In this document: one piece after another, positions 11,601 to 19,946 of the stretch | Numbering within the stretch: the stretch's first letter is position 1 | Layout: every line of letters begins with the position of its first letter | Origin: a virus | Lineage: Duplodnaviria > Caudoviricetes | IMG/VR virus record: IMGVR_UViG_3300035105_000248 | Coordinates: 1 to 43,624 of that record | Length of the DNA stretch: 43,624 bases | Direction: 5' to 3' (one strand) | Program-made: the position numbers and the translations under genes | Notes under the pieces: model-generated | The model's database searches: none | Seen by the model: the letters and a program-made list of their open reading frames with translations, nothing else | What the model was told of the DNA's origin: nothing

Positions 11601-14600
11601 TTCTTTTCTTTTGCCTTCTTCAAGCTCTCTTAATTTAGATTTACTAAATTCTTCTTGTTTTTCTAAAATACGATCATAAACCGTAGTGATTGCTTCATAA
11701 GAAGGGTTAATATCTATAGCTTCTGCTTCTTTTGCAGCTTTCTTTTTAGAAAGAATAAAATCAACAAGGAACTGTTTCATCATTTCATACTGAATTTTAT
11801 TCTCCTCAACAAAATACCCATTTTGTTCTAAAAGAGTATCTATAGTTTTAGAATTAGCTGTCTCGATGTCTACATTTGCAGCTATTCTTGCTGCTTTCGT
11901 TCTTTCTACATTTTCAAGTGTTTTTAATGCCTGTTTTTGTTCCTCAGTACCAAAAACTTTCATACTTTGTTTTAAATTTGCATAGCTTATAACAGATTCT
12001 TCGATTTTTTCATTTTTAAAAGCATAAGCTTTTCCTAAACTAACTGCTTCCCCTCTTAAAACATTAGAAGCTGTAGCAAGTTTAAAAGCAGCATCTGCTT
12101 GTTCAGTTAAACTGATTAATTCTAATTTTTCAGTTTCAGCAACAACTTCTTTAACATGCTTTTTTAGATTTTCTAAAGACTCTGTTCCAGCAGCGATTTC
12201 CCCCCAAAGTTCCAAAGCTTTTTCTTTTGCAACAACACTTGTGTCAGCTAAAGCAAGTGTTTGTTCATATAATTCTTTATATTTTTCTTTCACAGTTTTT
12301 TGAGAAAGTGTTTCATCTTCTGCTGCTTTTACAACACTATCCAAACCCATTTTTATCTTGCCTAAAGAAACAAGATATTCTGCATGTGTATTTATAGTAT
12401 CTCGTAAAGATTTTTTGTATTTTTGTTGAACTACTGTTGCTGTGACTAAAACGGCACTTGCAGCAGCAACAGCCCAAGCAACTGGCCCCATTGCAGCAAT
12501 AAAACTGTAAAGGGCAGGGCTTGCCGCAAGTAAAGAGCTTCTTAACACAAGAAGTCCTGAAGTAAACCCTTTAGCCCCTGTAGCTGCAGCAAAAAATCCT
12601 CTAGCAAGAGTACCTAATCCTCCAACAATAGAAGCATATAGAGTTGTAGAACTTATTGCAATCAAAGCAGCAGATAAAGCAGTCAAAGCTCCAGTTAATA
12701 AAACAATAGAAGAAACAAAACTTCCTATAGGAGTTCGTACAAAAGCTGTAAAACCTTCTAAAAACTTCTGTAAAACAGTAATTCCACTTTGAAGAACAGA
12801 AATAAAACCTGTCTCAGAACTTAGAGTACTTGCAAGAACACCAAATCTATCCTTTACGTTTTTTAAACCAACACCAAGTCCTTTCATCTGTTCTTCAGCC
12901 ATTCTTGAAACAGCTCCAGACTCTTTAACACTCTCGTTAAATTTTGAAAATTCATCAGCGTGCTGAGTCAAAGCAAGAACAATACTAGCCCCTCTCTGAC
13001 CAAATAAATCAAAAGCGTCTCCAGTTGTCTGAACAATTTTTTGTAAATTGTAAATAGTCTGTTCAAAACCTACTATTTCAGGGTTTACATCATCAACTGT
13101 CAAACCAACTTCCATTATTTTGTCTTTAAGTTTCTTGGTTGGGGCAGATAAAGCTCCTAACACCCTACGAAGACCTGTACCCTGTGTACTAGCCCTGATA
13201 CCAGCATTAGCAAGAATCATCATAGCTGAAGCAGTGTCTTCAATAGAAAGTCCTACAGAAACAGCCGTTGGGCCTATGTAGTTAAAACTTGTATTTAAAC
13301 CATCAATAGTAAGTTTTGATTTGTTAACAGCATTACCAAAAACATCAACAACTCTTTTTGTTTCAGAAGCATTAAGTTCAAAATCTTTTAAGGCAGTTGA
13401 AACAAGTTTAACTGTGGTATTTAATGTTTCAAGAGTACCAGTAGCCAAATTAGCAATATGAGGAAAAGCTTCTATAACTTCTAAAGCACTCATACCAGTC
13501 TGTCCTAAAAGTCTCATACCAACAGAAACTTCTCCCAGACTAAATTTAGTTCTTTCAGAAGTGCTGACAATAGTTTTATCCATCATCGCAACATCTGTAG
13601 CAGTTGCATTTAGTATTGCTTTTAGATCATGCAAACCCTGATTATGTTCAACAATAGTTCTTCCTGCAAGCCTCATGCTGTCTGAAAAAGCATTTATAGC
13701 TCTTGAAACTATATAATACTCAGCATAAATTTTAAGCCTGTTACCTAATTTACCTAAAACATTACTAAAAACACCAACATCTTTAGTAGCTCTGTTAATA
13801 GATTTTCTATGATCATTCCATTCTTTATTAAGTTGTTTTAATTCTTCTTTAATAACTTTTAATTTTTGAGGCTGTTTTTCTAAGCTATTAATAAGTCTTT
13901 TAGCCTCAGAAGAAAAAGAAGAAGAAGATTCTATTAACTTCTGATAACGTACTGCAAGTATTTTTGCTTCTTCTGCTGCTTTTTCCTGAGCTTTTTCTGT
14001 TTTTTTATACGCAGTAGATAATTCATTTAATTGAGTTTTCACTCTTTCATAGGAAGCTCCGTCACGTAAAGCCTTCAACCAATTCTGATATTCCCTTTTA
14101 ACTTCCTCAGTAGCTTTGTTTAAACCACCATAGGCATTAATGAGACTGTTAATCTGTTTTTTATATGTTTCCTGAGACTTAACAGAAGCTTTATATTCTG
14201 TATTTATTTTTGAAAGTTCAGCTTTTAAAAGAGAAGAAGCTGAACCTTGTTTTTTCATTTTTGAAATTATTTCTTCTGCTTGATGAGAGTAAGAAGAAGA
14301 GCTTGCAAATAATTTCTCATAATTAACACGTAAAACTTTAATATCTTCAGACAATTTTTTATTTATAGAAGACACTTTAGTCATTTTAGTAAACTGATCA
14401 ACCATCTGACCAACACTCTTACCACTAGCAAACATAGCTTCAGTTATTTGACGTGTAGCCTGAACAGAAATACCAGTAGCACTAGCATATTCTTTTTCTT
14501 TCTTTATAACTTTTAAAAAAGAAGAATCAAGAATGTTCATTTTTTTAGCTGTTTCTAAACTAATATCTCCAAAAGGTTTCAGTCCTTCTTTATTCAAAAC

Positions 14601-15632
14601 CCTAAAACTGTTTCCAACAATTTTTAAATTACCATTAAGAGCCTGTTGAGCCAAACCTACTTTGTCTATTTCATAAAGAACACTCCTAAGTTCTCTTTCA
14701 CTTGTAGGAAGTATAGCATTTAAACGAACATAAGCTTTTTGAGTACTTTCAATATGCTTAACATAAGCTTCAAATTTACTTGCATTATAGCCTACTGATT
14801 TACCTATAGCTTTTACAACTTCTTCATAAGCTTTACCAGTACCGATATCTCTTTGCTGAATTTCATAAGCTTTAGCAAGCTGTTTTTGATAATCAGACAA
14901 ACCATCATGTAATTTTTTTAAAGATTTTATTTGTTTTTCATCAAGACCTAAAGAATCTTCTTTAGCCTTACCATAAGTCTTAAATCCTTGTGCAGTTATT
15001 TTTAATTGACCATTAATTTCAGCTTGTTTAACTTTAGCAAATGAAAGAGATTGGGCCCATTCCTCAGTATAAGTGCCTGCTTTTTTTAAATCTAACTCAA
15101 GTTTTCCTATAGCTTTTTCAAAACGAACAGTTTCTTCTAAAGCAGCTTTAAGAGACATGTCTCCGTTTTCTACTTCTTTAGAATAAAATTTCCAAGCCTG
15201 CTGAACTGATTTTACAGAGTTACCAAACTTCTCAAAACCTACAAATTCTCTATTTAAAGTTTCAAGAGCATTTTCAGCATTTTCAATAGAAATAGTGCCT
15301 GCATCTAATTGATCAAAAACTTTTCTACTTGCTTTACCAAATTTAGTTTCAGAATCTAAAACTTTTTTAAATTTATCTTCAAGGGTAAATAAATTGTCAG
15401 AAAACTGCCCTACACTGACATTGTTTTCTTTAAAACTATTTCCCATTTGTCTTGTTGTTTTTGCAATGTTACTCAAAACATTGCTTATATCATTATTTTT
15501 TATTTTGGCAAAATCTTTTGCAGCAACTTCAAACTGTTTTGATAGGTCAAGAAAACCTTTTCTTAAAGTATCAAAAGTGCTTTTAGTTGTGTTTCCCAAA
15601 AGCACTGATAATTTTATTTGCATATCGTTCAT
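8616..15632 (-). CDS. Tail tape measure protein
   Basis: 2338 aa, helical/coiled coil. Minor-tail core (LANAGIRASTQGTGLRRVL, FDLFGQRG), hydrophobic segments and C-terminal FADGG..GPSHAQGGI motif. Follows the chaperone genes. Confidence 0.95.
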   Translation of the reverse strand: MNDMQIKLSVLLGNTTKSTFDTLRKGFLDLSKQFEVAAKDFAKIKNNDISNVLSNIAKTTRQMGNSFKENNVSVGQFSDNLFTLEDKFKKVLDSETKFGKASRKVFDQLDAGTISIENAENALETLNREFVGFEKFGNSVKSVQQAWKFYSKEVENGDMSLKAALEETVRFEKAIGKLELDLKKAGTYTEEWAQSLSFAKVKQAEINGQLKITAQGFKTYGKAKEDSLGLDEKQIKSLKKLHDGLSDYQKQLAKAYEIQQRDIGTGKAYEEVVKAIGKSVGYNASKFEAYVKHIESTQKAYVRLNAILPTSERELRSVLYEIDKVGLAQQALNGNLKIVGNSFRVLNKEGLKPFGDISLETAKKMNILDSSFLKVIKKEKEYASATGISVQATRQITEAMFASGKSVGQMVDQFTKMTKVSSINKKLSEDIKVLRVNYEKLFASSSSYSHQAEEIISKMKKQGSASSLLKAELSKINTEYKASVKSQETYKKQINSLINAYGGLNKATEEVKREYQNWLKALRDGASYERVKTQLNELSTAYKKTEKAQEKAAEEAKILAVRYQKLIESSSSFSSEAKRLINSLEKQPQKLKVIKEELKQLNKEWNDHRKSINRATKDVGVFSNVLGKLGNRLKIYAEYYIVSRAINAFSDSMRLAGRTIVEHNQGLHDLKAILNATATDVAMMDKTIVSTSERTKFSLGEVSVGMRLLGQTGMSALEVIEAFPHIANLATGTLETLNTTVKLVSTALKDFELNASETKRVVDVFGNAVNKSKLTIDGLNTSFNYIGPTAVSVGLSIEDTASAMMILANAGIRASTQGTGLRRVLGALSAPTKKLKDKIMEVGLTVDDVNPEIVGFEQTIYNLQKIVQTTGDAFDLFGQRGASIVLALTQHADEFSKFNESVKESGAVSRMAEEQMKGLGVGLKNVKDRFGVLASTLSSETGFISVLQSGITVLQKFLEGFTAFVRTPIGSFVSSIVLLTGALTALSAALIAISSTTLYASIVGGLGTLARGFFAAATGAKGFTSGLLVLRSSLLAASPALYSFIAAMGPVAWAVAAASAVLVTATVVQQKYKKSLRDTINTHAEYLVSLGKIKMGLDSVVKAAEDETLSQKTVKEKYKELYEQTLALADTSVVAKEKALELWGEIAAGTESLENLKKHVKEVVAETEKLELISLTEQADAAFKLATASNVLRGEAVSLGKAYAFKNEKIEESVISYANLKQSMKVFGTEEQKQALKTLENVERTKAARIAANVDIETANSKTIDTLLEQNGYFVEENKIQYEMMKQFLVDFILSKKKAAKEAEAIDINPSYEAITTVYDRILEKQEEFSKSKLRELEEGKRKELQLEEVYNAKIQAVATELAELRLEAAKDAVRKGEESNRTTLIQKEKLYTELAEAQENFNKEDEKLRKARHTALTASFEEEISTITRTEQEKLNALKKSRVGNVTEIVSYNEQVTKAEQKAAEERYNEAKAYYEKVLKNEKSLPSEKKEAQDKLLALEGAYYDSLLQSQEAYKAKLQENLNKEYALLSIHEQEQANLRLKSHMKNLENEDLYAQESLVIAAESAYDRWQLEKDNYEKIKNLDEFSEKEKQEAYQKSLVALQAFLQAKLAYRKSNFISEEEALQNSLNKELLELDIAFNKEFSMVANSNVQKLKAEKDFAKNIWKVKEKNFDKIVSEGYEKDSAIYQKALLEKLEAQKDFEEKRSALVQIYFDEEEAAQSNSYERQLIAIDKRVTREIITEQEGQRKKLELEASHALKMLDLARERFNQAAIQYSSDSKEYKQALLEKEQAELEYLKRKKERDAAIAQNTEDLDENTESQGENTEEIKKNTEETEKNTKATRKASSGINYLAMSYSELTTKIIEAKNTATRAIMGMSQGYKDLLYGLTDAFAAVEKGARELGFQVDISNLSLEESRELVKELANNFSEYNEALKENSEELDETISSLVSFDGAAEDSVMTVSDLSTKIAEVTQKANKLYQEKWVDAESMKEASEEVISAFEEIKEQGIEKIEALKEEWQSLSDKIEEINEQILQIETDTQNQIRDLKRGLMTEEEIWKDKRIEYEELVSKASQEQAQGRYESAISLYKQAQSVAQELATEVKDSEDNVLSSLENNTQISISLINSAAEGMKSALEAQRTSLASQQQVVRGEIDQTANALKGLSTQMDSISGKGFAGWGDAAGWGDAKWESFWDKFKNHNGNTFADGGLTNGPSHAQGGIPIEVEGGEHIQPVHAVKYYGKKGLDFLEGFRHKVFPKSFFADLGLRKMSFATGGSVPKISMPKFSLPSFSAGGTVSGETHTYQFNLNVNGKNHGPFVGQKNMVEGVLNELKKAQRLT

Positions 15633-15634
15633 AT

Positions 15635-16039
15635 CTACTTACCTTTCTTATTTAGAGCAGAAGAAGACCAATCTTTATGTTTAGCCATCATCTTTAAGGT
15701 AAGATTTTCTCGTTCTTCTGGAGAAAGAGTTTCATACTCAGCCGGGTCTCCAAAAAGAAAAGAACTGGTTTTTACTTCTTTAGACGATGTTTTTGTGTTT
15801 TCTCCTTTATCCTCAAATTCAGCACCATGCAATTTTGCCTGTAAAATAAAAGCATCATATTCTAATTTAGACAAATTAGAGTACAATGAATACATCTGTT
15901 TTCTTGTAAGACCCCCTTCAAAAAAAGTCTTACGAAAGAAATCTTCTATTTTATAAGAGGTGTCTTTTATGATTCTGGTGACGGCTTCATCGAAAGAAAC
16001 AGAGTTTTCATCTTCTCGATGAAGCCTTTCCCGTTTTTT
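15635..16039 (-). CDS. Tail assembly chaperone, frameshifted (gpT-like) portion
   Basis: The -1 frame is open from the slippery heptamer at 16039-16033 through the listed 86-aa ORF (15635-15895). Confidence 0.75.
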   Translation of the reverse strand, partial: KKRERLHREDENSVSFDEAVTRIIKDTSYKIEDFFRKTFFEGGLTRKQMYSLYSNLSKLEYDAFILQAKLHGAEFEDKGENTKTSSKEVKTSSFLFGDPAEYETLSPEERENLTLKMMAKHKDWSSSALNKKGK

Positions 16040-16365
16040 AACAAAACCTCAAAATTCACCTCAAAAATAATCTCTCCTAAAGCAAGCAACTGATTGTTTG
16101 TAACTTCATTCAAATCAACTTCTTCTTCAGTAACATGTGCAATGATCTGTTCAATATTTTCAAAAATTGAATCTTTTATAGTGTTTATAAGTTCTGCATC
16201 AGAAACCCCTGATAAATCAGTAAAAGAAGAAAATAAAGAAACAAATTCTGTAAGAAGTTCATTCTCAGAAGCGATTGATACAGGATAAACAGTAATTTCT
16301 TTAGGTCTACGTATGCCTATTGTAGTTGTGCGTATATCTGGAGCAAGATTGTAATTCTCAGTCAT
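15967..16365 (-). CDS. Tail assembly chaperone (gpG-like)
   Basis: 132 aa, acidic, between tail tube and tape measure. Contains A AAA AAC near its 3' end. Confidence 0.8.
   Translation of the reverse strand: MTENYNLAPDIRTTTIGIRRPKEITVYPVSIASENELLTEFVSLFSSFTDLSGVSDAELINTIKDSIFENIEQIIAHVTEEEVDLNEVTNNQLLALGEIIFEVNFEVLLKNGKGFIEKMKTLFLSMKPSPES
16033..16039 (-). promoter_or_regulatory. Programmed -1 ribosomal frameshift slippery site A AAA AAC
   Basis: TTA AAA AAC in frame 0 fits X XXY YYZ. The -1 frame has a TGA three codons upstream and is open downstream into the next ORF. Confidence 0.8.
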
Positions 16366-16380
16366 AAATAACTCCTTCTT

Positions 16381-16405
16381 AAAATGCCCTCTTTACAGAG
16401 GGCAT
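16381..16405 (-). terminator. Intrinsic terminator-like hairpin after tail tube gene
   Basis: ATGCCCTCT-GTAA-AGAGGGCAT followed by TTT on the minus strand. Confidence 0.7.
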
Positions 16406-16411
16406 GTAAAT

Positions 16412-17317
16412 TTAATCGAAAAGAATGACACCAAGAGGAGCGTCATCCCAAGAAGCATGTCCACCAGCAGTGCCACTATCAGCTCTTTTCGCTTCAAAAG
16501 TGATAGGAGAAGTTGCTGCGTCAGCATCCTGAAGGTCAAGTTCTGCACTCATAGAAACGTTTGCACGTGGAAAAATGATATACATGTGATTAACACCATT
16601 AGGATAAGTATATACAGCTTCCATCCTAATAAATTCAGGAGCTTTCATAGCGCCTAGTTTAATCTCACCTGTATGGTTATCTGCATAAGCATCAGTTCCA
16701 GCAATAAAGGCAGTTGTTGAGAAAGTGAAAGTATCATCAGCTTCCCAAGTACCAGTAAAAAAATTAGCAGGAATGCTAAAATAAGGGTTACCTGAATTAT
16801 CAGGAGCAAAAGCTGTAACCAAATCAGAATGATTTCCTACATGTCCTGTAGTAGCTCCATATACAGAAAAAGAAGTTGCAGAAGCAAAAACTACAGTCCA
16901 AACATCATCAACAACACCACCATCATTCGTAACAGCAATTTCATCTGCTGAAACAGTTCCTGCAGCAGAAGCTATACTTCCTTTTTTTGAAGTTGAACTA
17001 ACATCTTCAAAAGGATTAAGTCCTCTTGCAATAGCAAGGTTTTTAGGGGTAATTTCTTTAAAAGAACATTCCATACTTGCAACTTCACTTACAGGAATAG
17101 ACATGTCCTCAAGTTTAGGGAAACCTGATTCAAGTTTCCACTGTTCAACAGTAGAAGTGAATTTGGTTGTTCCCAAAGCACCCATACTGTCCTGCTGACC
17201 AAATACAGGACTTCTTGAAGAAATAAAAGCACTTGCATTACCTAATCTGATCTGTGCAAGTCCTAGAGCTACTGTACTCGTATCTCGTGTTAGTGGTCCG
17301 GTTCTTTCTAATGCCAT
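16412..17317 (-). CDS. Major tail (tube) protein with inserted beta domain
   Basis: 301 aa, upstream of the chaperones and tape measure, strong RBS, followed by a terminator. Tube-like N- and C-terminal halves flank a ~100-aa Thr/Ser/Gly-rich insert. Confidence 0.8.
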   Translation of the reverse strand: MALERTGPLTRDTSTVALGLAQIRLGNASAFISSRSPVFGQQDSMGALGTTKFTSTVEQWKLESGFPKLEDMSIPVSEVASMECSFKEITPKNLAIARGLNPFEDVSSTSKKGSIASAAGTVSADEIAVTNDGGVVDDVWTVVFASATSFSVYGATTGHVGNHSDLVTAFAPDNSGNPYFSIPANFFTGTWEADDTFTFSTTAFIAGTDAYADNHTGEIKLGAMKAPEFIRMEAVYTYPNGVNHMYIIFPRANVSMSAELDLQDADAATSPITFEAKRADSGTAGGHASWDDAPLGVILFD

Positions 17318-17395
17318 ATTAAAAACTCCTTAGTTTTTTGTTAAAATTACCTGAGCATTTTCCTTAAAGGAACTATATTCTAAATAACATAAGTG

Positions 17396-17605
17396 TTATT
17401 TATTATCAATATGTTGGTTTGGAAAAAAAGTCAAAGTATTAATGTGTTGACAGGAAGCTCTTAAACATTTTAATTTAATGGAACCATGAATTTCCATATC
17501 AACAACAGAAGAATTGTTCCTTCTTTTACCAAAAACAAATTTCCACAAACCATTACTTTTTCTTTCAATAAGTTTCTTTCCGCATTTTTCACAATAAAAA
17601 AACAT
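17396..17605 (-). CDS. Com-like zinc-ribbon protein
   Basis: 69 aa. CEKCGKKL...IKLKCLRASCQHIN matches the Mu Com pattern CxxCxKxL...IKCxRCxxxN. Confidence 0.7.
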   Translation of the reverse strand: MFFYCEKCGKKLIERKSNGLWKFVFGKRRNNSSVVDMEIHGSIKLKCLRASCQHINTLTFFPNQHIDNK

Positions 17606-18042
17606 TATTTACCTCCCCACCTAAAAACAACATCAAAATACTTAAAGTAAAAACCATCAAGAGAAATTTCCCTTGGAGAAGGGGGTTGTATATAAGGAAT
17701 CATTTTTGTAACTTCAACAAAAGATTCAGTATAAAAAGGAATACGTTTAATTCCTTGAGGGTCATTTTCATCAAAAAATATTTCCTGCACTTTATCAAAT
17801 AAAACAGCAAGCTCACCATCATCATCAGTTTTAGAAAACAAATAAAAAGTAGCTTCACAGGAAGAAACTGTATTTGTTAAAAAACCGCTTGTAAGAACAA
17901 CAACAAACTCATCCTGTCCCACAGGTCTTGTTTCTGCAAAACCAAAATCCACAAAAATAGATTTTTCAGTGTACAAAGTGTCAATAATATATTTTTTTAG
18001 ACTTAGAAAAAATAAGGATTCTTTTTGAGTGTTATCAAGCAT
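17605..18042 (-). CDS. Tail completion / terminator-like protein
   Basis: About 145 aa (likely start ATG 18042). Assigned by position upstream of the tail tube. Confidence 0.5.
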   Translation of the reverse strand: MLDNTQKESLFFLSLKKYIIDTLYTEKSIFVDFGFAETRPVGQDEFVVVLTSGFLTNTVSSCEATFYLFSKTDDDGELAVLFDKVQEIFFDENDPQGIKRIPFYTESFVEVTKMIPYIQPPSPREISLDGFYFKYFDVVFRWGGK

Positions 18043-18277
18043 GATTTTCACCACTAAATTCATCTAAAATAGAAAGTAAATTTGGAAAAAAGGTCTCAGT
18101 TAACCATTTTGCCACTTCAGATTCTTCAGGTTTTGTGGAATCATACTTAAACTCTGAATTTTCTAAAACAAAAACTAATTTTTCTAAAGTAGTGTAAGAA
18201 ACCTCAAGCAAAAGCATTAAATCTTTAGGTTGAGCTGCAAGACATTTTACTACTTCTAATTTAGAAACTGTACTCAT
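18035..18277 (-). CDS. Hypothetical protein
   Basis: 80 aa, AGGAGG RBS, in operon. Confidence 0.6.
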   Translation of the reverse strand: MSTVSKLEVVKCLAAQPKDLMLLLEVSYTTLEKLVFVLENSEFKYDSTKPEESEVAKWLTETFFPNLLSILDEFSGENHA

Positions 18278-18285
18278 AAAACCTC

Positions 18286-19002
18286 CTAAGAAAAAACTTT
18301 ACGAATCTTTTCAGAATCAGATATGGCTATTGAATATATGTCTATTTGAGACAAATGCCTTTTTGTATTGTTAATAAGATTGTTGATAATATCAGCCTTA
18401 AAGTTATCCTGCACTTCTTCAAAATATTCTGAATAAGTTTTTGTGAAAACTTTTGTTGCCATTCTTCCCCATTCAGGGAAATATTTTTTTAAGAAAATAT
18501 GAGAAGCTGGTCCAAATAAAGGTCTAGCAGGAACACCTGTACCTCCTCCAAATTCAAGTATTTTGGCTACTTGAGCAACATTATAAGTACCTCTCCCCAA
18601 AGGTCTTTTAGCTTTAGTGTTTCTTTTAATACCTACAGTACGTGAATGTTTGCCCCTCCAAATAATATCAATATTATCATGTATATTACCATCAAAATAC
18701 CAAAAAAGACTGCTTGGGCCTCCAGCCTTATTTTTTCTATAAGCGTATTTTTTAGATAACGGAGCCCATGCTTTGTCTCTCCCTTGAAGCAAAGAAGGAT
18801 TTTTTATACAAGCTTTAATAAACCCAGCCAAATGACGAGCAGCTCCCTCAGTCAAACGTCCCTGACCATCCTCACCAAAATAAGCCATAGCCTTATGCCC
18901 TGCTTCAGCAAACTTAACTCCAGATTTAAAAAGCTGTCTGTTACGCATAACATCTTTACCATCTAAACTAAAAAGAATATTATCAGTATGTTGTTGTGTC
19001 AT
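18286..19002 (-). CDS. Virion morphogenesis / neck (HK97 gp10- or Mu gpG-like) protein
   Basis: 238 aa, basic. WAPLS...K and LEFGG..VPARPLF motifs. Confidence 0.65.
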   Translation of the reverse strand: MTQQHTDNILFSLDGKDVMRNRQLFKSGVKFAEAGHKAMAYFGEDGQGRLTEGAARHLAGFIKACIKNPSLLQGRDKAWAPLSKKYAYRKNKAGGPSSLFWYFDGNIHDNIDIIWRGKHSRTVGIKRNTKAKRPLGRGTYNVAQVAKILEFGGGTGVPARPLFGPASHIFLKKYFPEWGRMATKVFTKTYSEYFEEVQDNFKADIINNLINNTKRHLSQIDIYSIAISDSEKIRKVFS

Positions 19003-19606
19003 CTTTTATCCTTTTTAGATACAAAACAAAATTGCCTTGCAAACGTGTAGAGTGTTTATTCTCAACTAAAAAAAACTCTTCATCAACTTTAACTCTATCA
19101 CCAACACCAACATCATATTTTTGAACATACATAACACACTTAGAATCACTTGCATAATAAACATTTTCAGTGTTTTCTGCCTCAGTTCCTCTAGTTTCAT
19201 CAAGAAAAAGAACAGGAATATTTTCCTGTGTTAATTCAAATTCTGGAAGTTTTTTGTAGTTTGAATCAAAACCTGGGTTGTTGGAATGCTTGTATATACT
19301 TGCAGTACTGTTTGTTTTATACAGCATAGAACGAAAATAAGCGACCTCATTTTCAACTCTAGTACTGTCTTTTGATGTCACTAAATAAACATCATTTTCA
19401 AATTTAATAAGACAACCAGGAACAAGAGCAGTATCAAAAACAACATCAATAACAGTCACATGTTGCCTTATAAATTCAGTAGATTGTTCTGTATATTTCT
19501 CATATAAACAAAATTCCTCTGTTTCTTCAGCAGTTAAAAAAGAAACAATAGTTATAGGAGAACCTACTTCATTGTATGTTTCTTTAATATCATCACCAAT
19601 AGCCAT
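18983..19606 (-). CDS. Head closure / stopper-like protein
   Basis: 207 aa, two beta-barrel-like halves (PGCLIKFENDVYLV; VGDRVKVDEEFFLV). Head-tail module position. Confidence 0.5.
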   Translation of the reverse strand: MAIGDDIKETYNEVGSPITIVSFLTAEETEEFCLYEKYTEQSTEFIRQHVTVIDVVFDTALVPGCLIKFENDVYLVTSKDSTRVENEVAYFRSMLYKTNSTASIYKHSNNPGFDSNYKKLPEFELTQENIPVLFLDETRGTEAENTENVYYASDSKCVMYVQKYDVGVGDRVKVDEEFFLVENKHSTRLQGNFVLYLKRIKDDTTTY

Positions 19607-19607
19607 A

Positions 19608-19946
19608 TTAAATTCCTAATTTAATCATGAAACTAAACCAATAAACTCCTTCAGGCTTGTCAGCAGTTGCAACATACACATGAACGTTCCCTATAGTTTG
19701 ATTTGCATCATTAAAACCAAGCATGCCTAACTGAACTGAGACAGCCCCGTACTCTTTAAGAACTGTAAAATTAAAATATTCTGATAATGTTTCTGAAGAA
19801 AAAAGTTCACCATCCCATTCTAAATCTACCCTAGTTATTTCTGAAATTTCAGACTCAGTAAGGGGTACATTTTTTTCTAAAGAAAAATCATATTTCTTAA
19901 AAAAAAGAGGGAAATCATTATTTGTATTTGAAACTACTGTAATCAT
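19608..19946 (-). CDS. Hypothetical virion protein
   Basis: 112 aa, overlaps the stop of the upstream fibre gene. Confidence 0.55.
   Translation of the reverse strand: MITVVSNTNNDFPLFFKKYDFSLEKNVPLTESEISEITRVDLEWDGELFSSETLSEYFNFTVLKEYGAVSVQLGMLGFNDANQTIGNVHVYVATADKPEGVYWFSFMIKLGI

Noticed and set aside
16026-16032. GGGAAAG lambda-type slippery sequence
   Set aside because: Not in the G GGA AAG phase relative to the chaperone frame. The adjacent A AAA AAC is correctly phased.
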